A stretch of 64,000 nucleotides of DNA, taken from contig CAVRKH010000008.1 in NCBI GenBank assembly GCA_963721655.1, positions 65,026 through 129,025 of the forward strand. Direction: 5' to 3'. The stretch comes from an uncultured Chloroflexia bacterium (GTDB taxonomy: Bacteria; Chloroflexota; Limnocylindria; Limnocylindrales; CSP1-4). Of this stretch, positions 58,770 through 64,000 are shown in pieces (positions within the stretch are counted from its first letter, which is position 1; every line of letters begins with the position of its first letter). Position numbers and translations under genes: made by a program. The notes beneath the pieces were generated by a model. That model saw only the letters and a list, made by a program, of their open reading frames with translations, ran no database searches and was not told where the DNA came from.

Positions 58770-59931
58770 ATGCCAGGCGCCGCACGCTTCACGGTCGAGG
58801 TGCCGCCGCCGGCGGACGGATCGACACGCGCCCGGATCGGGCGACTCGAGCTGACGCACGGCGTCGTCGAGACGCCCCAGTTCATGCCGGTCGGCACGAA
58901 CGCCACGGTCAAGGCCCTCGACCCCGACGAGATCGCCGCGGCCGGCGCCACGATCATCCTCGCCAACACGTACCACCTGTACCTGCGCCCCGGCCACGAG
59001 CGCATCGCAGCGGCTCGGCGGGCTGCACCGGTTCATGGCCTGGGACAAGCCGATCCTCACCGACTCGGGCGGGTTCCAGGTCGTGTCGCTGGGCGACCTG
59101 CGGATCGTCGACGAGGACGGCGTGACGTTCCGCAGCCACATCGACGGCTCGACCCATCGCTTCACGCCGGAGCACGCGATCGCGGTCCAGGAGGCGCTCG
59201 GCTCCGACGTGGCGGTCGCCTTCGACCAGCCGGTCGTGCCGTCGTCGCCGCGCGCGGTCGTCGCCGACGCGACGGCCCGGACGCACCGCTGGGCGGAGCG
59301 CTCGCTGGCGGCCCACACGCGGACGGACCAGGCGCTGTTCGGGATCGTCCAGGGCGGCCTGGACCCGGAGCTTCGGGCCGAGTCGACCAGGTTCATCGCG
59401 AGCCTCCCGTTCGACGGGATCTGCCTCGGCGGGCTGGCCGGCGACGAGACGCCCGAGCAGCGCGACGCGACGCTCGATCTCGCGGTCCCGCTGCTGGCCG
59501 ACGATCCGCGCCCGCGCTACCTGATGGGGCTGGGCTCGCCGGCCGACCTGCTCGAGGCGGTTCACCGTGGCGTGGACCTGTTCGATTCGGTCCTGCCGGC
59601 GAGGGTCGCCCGGAACGGCCAGCTGTGGATCCCGGGCGAACGGCTGAACATGCGCAACCAGCGCCATCTCGACGATCCGGCCCCGGTCCAGGACGACTGT
59701 CCGTGCCAGCTCTGCCGGCGCTTCTCGCGGGCGTACCTTGCCCATCTGTTCCGCGCCGACGAGCTGCTCGCGTACCGCCTCGCAACTTGTCACAACCTCA
59801 CCTTCACCCTAGACTTCATGGCCAGGATCCGAACTGCGATCCAGGCCGGAACCCTTCCCGCTTCGATGCCGGAATTGCGCTTGCGCGCGGGCCGGTCGAG
59901 CGGTGGTGCAGGCGCGGTAAAGTCCGCGTGA
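58770..59931 (+). CDS. tgt: tRNA-guanine (queuine) transglycosylase (frameshift ~59015)
   Basis: [16 protein letters not shown]...[13 protein letters not shown] / [10 protein letters not shown]...GIVQGG...LGGLAGDE...[17 protein letters not shown] (zinc site). Confidence 0.85.
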
Positions 59932-59973
59932 AGGGTCATTCGGTAGCCTGCTTGACGACGCGGAGGCGAACAC

Positions 59974-60141
59974 ATGGGCTCACGAGACCGTCCGCATCGA
60001 GAATCGAAGAAGAAGCCGAAGGACAAGTCCGGCCTGCCCAAGGTGCAACCGATGACGGACCCGCCGATGCAGGTCGAGGTCATCCGGAAGCCCCGCAAGC
60101 CGAAGCCGGTCGAGGACGAGGAGCAGGCCGACGAGGGCTGA
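59974..60141 (+). CDS. Possible 55-aa Lys/Pro-rich small protein upstream of recA
   Basis: GGAGG (59962-59966) lies before ATG 59974. [55 protein letters not shown]. It is below the track's size cutoff. GC3 bias looks coding-like, but no homologue is recognised. Confidence 0.35.
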   Translation: MGSRDRPHRESKKKPKDKSGLPKVQPMTDPPMQVEVIRKPRKPKPVEDEEQADEG

Positions 60142-60207
60142 GCCTGCGACGGGTCGGTCAGGATCCGTCGGTCGCCCCGTCTCGGAGCGATCAGGAGTGA
60201 CCGAACC

Positions 60208-61263
60208 ATGGCGATGACCGACGAGCGGAGCGCGGAGCGCGCGAGCAGCGAACGAGGCAAGGCGGTCGACGCCGCGATCCTCGCGATCGAGAAGCAGTTC
60301 GGGCGCGGCGCGATCATGAAGCTCGGTTCGCACGAGCGGCAGCAGGTCGATTCGATTCCCACCGGTTCGATCGCGCTGGACCTCGCGCTCGGGGTCGGCG
60401 GCATCCCGCGCGGCCGGATCACCGAGATCTTCGGCCCCGAATCGTCGGGCAAGACGACCGTCTGCCAGCACGTCATCGCCGAGGCCCAGCGGCGCGGCGG
60501 CGTGGCCGCGTTCATCGACGTCGAGCACGCCCTCGACCCGGGTTACGCCCGCGCGTGCGGCGTCAACGTCGACGAGCTGCTCGTGAGCCAGCCCGATACC
60601 GGCGAGCAGGCGCTCGAGATCACCGAGACCCTGATCCGCTCCGGCGGCATCGATGTCGTGGTCGTCGACTCCGTCGCGGCGCTCGTGCCGCGCGCGGAGA
60701 TCGAGGGCGAGATGGGCGACTCGTTCGTCGGCATCCAGGCCCGGCTCATGAGCCAGGCGCTGCGCAAGCTGACCGGAGCGGTGTCGCGTTCGAACACATC
60801 GCTGGTCTTCACGAACCAGCTCCGCGAGAAGATCGGGGTGATGTTCGGCAACCCGGAGACGACGCCCGGTGGCCGCGCGCTCAAGTTCTACGCCAGCGTC
60901 CGGCTGGACATCCGGCGGGTCGAGACGATCAAGACCGGCACCGAGTCGGTCGGCAACCGCGTGCGGGTCAAGGTGGTGAAGAACAAGGTGGCCGCCCCGT
61001 TCCGCGTCGCCGAGTTCGACGTGATGTACGGCGAGGGCGTTTCCCGGGAGGGCGGCCTGCTCGACGTCGGTGTCGCGATGGACGTCGTGTCCAAGACCGG
61101 CGCGTGGTTCAACTTCGGGGAGACGCGTCTCGGCCAGGGTCGCGAGGCGTCGAAGGAGTTCCTCAAGTCGAACCCGCCGATCGCCGCCGACATCGAGGGA
61201 CGCATCCGCGCCCAGATGAACGAGGTTGCCATCCCGGTCGAGGGGATTTCGGAAGCGGAGTAG
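60208..61263 (+). CDS. recA: Recombinase RecA
   Basis: Intact. AGGAG precedes the [12 protein letters not shown] (Walker A), the VVVDSVAAL loop regions, and canonical RecA sequence throughout. Confidence 0.95.
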   Translation: MAMTDERSAERASSERGKAVDAAILAIEKQFGRGAIMKLGSHERQQVDSIPTGSIALDLALGVGGIPRGRITEIFGPESSGKTTVCQHVIAEAQRRGGVAAFIDVEHALDPGYARACGVNVDELLVSQPDTGEQALEITETLIRSGGIDVVVVDSVAALVPRAEIEGEMGDSFVGIQARLMSQALRKLTGAVSRSNTSLVFTNQLREKIGVMFGNPETTPGGRALKFYASVRLDIRRVETIKTGTESVGNRVRVKVVKNKVAAPFRVAEFDVMYGEGVSREGGLLDVGVAMDVVSKTGAWFNFGETRLGQGREASKEFLKSNPPIAADIEGRIRAQMNEVAIPVEGISEAE

Positions 61264-61280
61264 CTCGCTAGGTTCAGCTC

Positions 61281-61772
61281 GTGTCGCTTGCCGGGATCAT
61301 CGTCCTCACGCACGCTCTGATCGGCTTTCTCTTCATGGCGGGCCTCGTCGGGCGCTGGATCGTGCTCGGCGCGGCCCAACGCGCGACCGAGTTGCGTGAC
61401 ATGCGGCTCCTCGCGGCGGCGGCGGGTCCCTTTGAGCGGATCGTCATCTTCTCCGCGAATTTCGTGCTGCTTTTCGGGATCGCCGCGGCCTGGCTTCAGG
61501 GGCGGAACGCCCTCGGTCCGCTGACGGGTGGCAGCGTCGACTGGCTGTTCGTCGCGCTGGTCCTGTTCCTCTCGAACCTGCCCCTCGTCCCACTGGTCTT
61601 CATTCCGCGAGGTCGGGCCTTCGAGTCGGTGATGCGCGACGCGGAGGCCCAGGATCGGGTCACCCCGGAGCTCGCGGCCGCATGGAGGGATCCGACCGTC
61701 CGAGCAGCCCACGTGTACGAGCTCGGGTCGACCACCATCGTGCTCATCCTGATGCTCACAAAGCCGTTCTGA
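61281..61772 (+). CDS. Four-TM membrane protein (DUF2269-like) between recA and recX
   Basis: Intact, GTG start. The hydrophobic segments and length fit small DUF2269-type proteins (assignment from memory). Confidence 0.5.
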   Translation: MSLAGIIVLTHALIGFLFMAGLVGRWIVLGAAQRATELRDMRLLAAAAGPFERIVIFSANFVLLFGIAAAWLQGRNALGPLTGGSVDWLFVALVLFLSNLPLVPLVFIPRGRAFESVMRDAEAQDRVTPELAAAWRDPTVRAAHVYELGSTTIVLILMLTKPF

Positions 61773-62342
61773 GTGGTCACCGCCAAAGGGTCACGTCGCA
61801 GATCACCTGCGGAGCAGCGCGAGCGACGGGCAGCGGTCGACGATCCACAGGTCGTTCTCGATGCCGCGGCGCGCTTCCTCGAGGCGCGCCATCGCTCAGT
61901 GGCCGAGGTTCGACGCCGGCTCCGCGGCGCGGGCTACCGGCACGATCTCGTGGACGGTGCCATCGATCGGCTGCTGGAGCTCGGGATCCTCGACGACGAG
62001 GCATTCGCGCGGGCCTGGGTGGAGTCGCGCGATCGGGCACGGCCGCGCGGGGAGCGGGCGATCCGCGAGGAGCTCCGGGTGAAGGGCATCGACCGCGCCA
62101 CGATCGATACGGTCCTCGAGGACCGACGCGGCGCGGAAGGTGCCGAGCCGGACCGCGACGCCGCCGAGCGCCTCCTCGAACGCAACCGACGATCCCTGGC
62201 ACGCGTCGCCGACCCTCGCCAGCGTCGGGCGCGGGCGTATGCGCTGCTGGCTCGGAACGGCTTCGATCCCGACGTCTGCCGCGAGGTCGCAGCGCGGTTC
62301 GTGGAGCTCGGCGACCCGGAGGCTGCGCCAGAAAGCCGTTGA
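61773..62342 (+). CDS. recX: Recombination regulator RecX
   Basis: The GTG immediately follows the upstream stop. Three-helix repeats: RSVAEVRRRLRGAGY...LLELGILDDEAFARAWVESR...RAIREELRVKGI...RRARAYALLARNGF. Confidence 0.8.
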   Translation: MVTAKGSRRRSPAEQRERRAAVDDPQVVLDAAARFLEARHRSVAEVRRRLRGAGYRHDLVDGAIDRLLELGILDDEAFARAWVESRDRARPRGERAIREELRVKGIDRATIDTVLEDRRGAEGAEPDRDAAERLLERNRRSLARVADPRQRRARAYALLARNGFDPDVCREVAARFVELGDPEAAPESR

Positions 62343-62543
62343 TGCCGGGCACCGCCCGGGACCGTCGCGCACACCTCCGCATTGCACCGGGCCGCCCTCG
62401 CTGGCAGCCGCGGCCCATCGACGATCGGGACCATGGTCATGTTCAGCGTTTCGGCCCGCCCTCCCGATACTCGCCCCGGGACTCATCCCGCCCGGGCACA
62501 TGCCCGGACATCAGCGCACTCCGGGGGCAGGAGAAGCGGATCG

Positions 62544-63292
62544 ATGGTGAACCGACTGCGTTCCGGCTCGGTGGCCGGCAGCGCCGTGCTCGTGCTCGTT
62601 CTTGCCGTGAGCGGCACGGCTTGGCTGCGAGGCGTCGTCGTCCGACACCAGCGCGGCATTCGTCGACGTTGACGGCGACGGCGTCGACGACGCCTGCCAG
62701 GAAGCGGCCACTGAGAACACCGATGCCGCCACTGCGGCGTTCGAGGCCGCGGACCTCAACGGCGACGGCGAGATCTCGGTGACCGAGGCCGCCCACAGCG
62801 GTTGGACCGGCGGCACGAACTGCAACCACGGCGGCTACGTGAGCCAGGTCGCCCAGGCCGATGACGCGCCTGCGCGAGCCGGCGACCGGCGACACGGGCG
62901 AGACGGCGACACGGGCGACGCGGCCGACGCGGCCGACGCGACCGACTGCGCCACCGACGAACGACCGAGGACGCCGCGCCGGCCGACGAGGAGACCTGCG
63001 AGGAAGTCGCGGCCCCTGAGCCCGAGACGCCGCTCGACCCGACGCTCCCAACAGCCACGGCGCCTGGGTGGCATGGGTCGCCGGATCCGAGGCCACCGGC
63101 GGCAAGAACTGCAACCACGGCGGCGCCGTGAGCGAGGCCACCAAGAAGGACCACGAGGCCGCCAAGGCCGAACGGGACGCCCGGAAGGCAGAGCGCGACG
63201 CCGCGAAGGCCGAAGCACAAGGCCGCCCGCGACCTCAAGAAGCAGGAGCGCGAGGCTGCCAGGGCCAGCAAGGGACACGGCAAGCCCAACTG
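62544..63292 (+). pseudogene. Secreted low-complexity protein with two NCNHGG(Y/A)VS motifs and a Lys/Glu-rich tail (at least 4 frameshifts as assembled)
   Basis: Signal peptide MVNRLRSGSVAGSAVLVLVLAVSGTA. Fragments: DVDGDGVDDACQEA...DLNGDGEISVTEAAHSGWTGGTNCNHGGYVSQVAQ; HGAWVAWVAGSEATGGKNCNHGGAVSEATKKDHEAAKAERDARKAERDAAKAEA; KAARDLKKQEREAARASKGHGKPN, ending at TGA 63290-63292. Confidence 0.45.
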
Positions 63293-63313
63293 ACCCGCAC
63301 GATCACCAGCCCG

Positions 63314-63358
63314 AAGACGAGGACGGCGCCGGGAGCCCGGCGCCGTCTTCTCTTTACA
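63314..63358 (+). terminator. Terminator hairpin between convergent genes
   Basis: GACGGCGCCGG-gagc-CCGGCGCCGTC (63322-63347) followed by TTCTCTTT. Confidence 0.55.
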
Positions 63359-64000
63359 TCCGCGCGGCGAGGTACTCCGCGTCGCGGGCGACGCCCCCCA
63401 GGTTCGCCGACGCGTTGTCGTGCTGGAAGAGCATCCCGAGGAACAGGAGGCCCGGCACGTCGCTCACGCCGCGCACGTGGCGCGGCACGCCGAACTCGTC
63501 GAGGATCGGCAGGTCGAGCCAGCCGTAGTCGGGCGCGTAGCCGGTCGTCCAGAGCACCGTCGAGATGCCGGCCGCCGGCCAGGTCCAGCTCGGTCAGCTC
63601 GGGCGGGTCGTACTGCGGCCAGACGCGGTCGTCGTCTCCCACCTCGATCCCGGCTCGCTCCGCGAGCTTGTCGATGATCGGTCGGAACCGCACATCGAAG
63701 AATTCGTCGGCGAACTGCAGGTTCGCCGCCAGGTCCGGCTCGAACCGTGCGACCGTCCCATCCGCGCCCGCGAAGCGGCCGGCCAGGCGGATCCCGTCCA
63801 GAGCCATCTGCCGCAGGTTCGTGTCGTGGCCGCCTCCGTGTCCCGACAGGTGCGGGTTGCAGGCGAACTTTGCGCGCGGGTTCGGCAGTTCACCGACCGT
63901 CGGGAACCTCGCGTCGTGCGCTTCGCCCTGCTCGACGAGCTGGCGGATCCACCAGAAGACGTCGCGACCGCGGTACCGGCGCGGCGCACGCCCGCACTTG
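63354..64000 (-). CDS. FAD-dependent (flavin-monooxygenase-like) oxidoreductase, C-terminal part (5' end outside window; frameshift ~63575)
   Basis: The frame is open to the window edge: ...RYRGRDVFWWIRQLVEQGEAHDARFP...HLSGHGGGHDTNLRQMALDGIRLAGRF.... After the shift: LWTTGYAPDYGWLDLPILDEFGVPRHVRGVS...GLLFLG, ending at TAA 63354-63356. Confidence 0.55.

Noticed and set aside
59932-60207. A LexA/Cheo SOS box upstream of recA
   Set aside because: The GAAC tetramers present (GAACACATGGGC, GAACCATGGCGA) lack the paired GTTC half-site, so no operator was called.

Overview
This is a very GC-rich chromosomal window (about 65-70% by eye, not computed). It comes from a high-GC Terrabacteria-type bacterium, Actinomycetota- or Chloroflexota-like, and parts of the gene order resemble Firmicutes.

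Most of the window is housekeeping:
- cysS, and thrS behind a T-box leader
- infC-rpmI-rplT, pheS-pheT, cvpA-mpg-mutS2, a class A PBP, tyrS
- a complete translationally coupled his operon on the minus strand (yerC/trpR-like regulator, then hisG-D-C-B-H-F-IE), with hisA divergent
- an EF-G paralogue, yebC-ruvC-ruvA, ruvB-DUF2905-tgt, recA-recX, and one tRNA-Val(GAC)

Accessory content:
- two MFS transporters, a family-5 ABC solute-binding lipoprotein, a peptidase-MA protein and two DUF881 proteins
- asparaginase, an amidohydrolase and an RNA methyltransferase pair
- a lower-GC segment next to the tRNA, carrying an HExxH (M91-like) protein and a DUF4241 lipoprotein
- a 4.6-kb opposite-strand cassette (Rrf2 plus two ECF sigma/anti-sigma pairs) that splits ruvCA from ruvB

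Two caveats:
- About 30 apparent frameshifts break conserved genes, including essential ones. Many track ORFs are therefore fragments of one gene, and several coordinates below join fragments.
- The longest track ORFs (for example 13937-18367 minus) are antisense or out-of-frame GC artefacts.

The most interesting unexplained signal is four intergenic arrays of short hairpin repeats (near 7.5, 25.9, 48.5 and 57.3 kb). Their stems are locus-specific, but all four share a 51-bp (and about 40-bp) spacing. No CRISPR array, integrase, transposase or recognisable defence system was seen.
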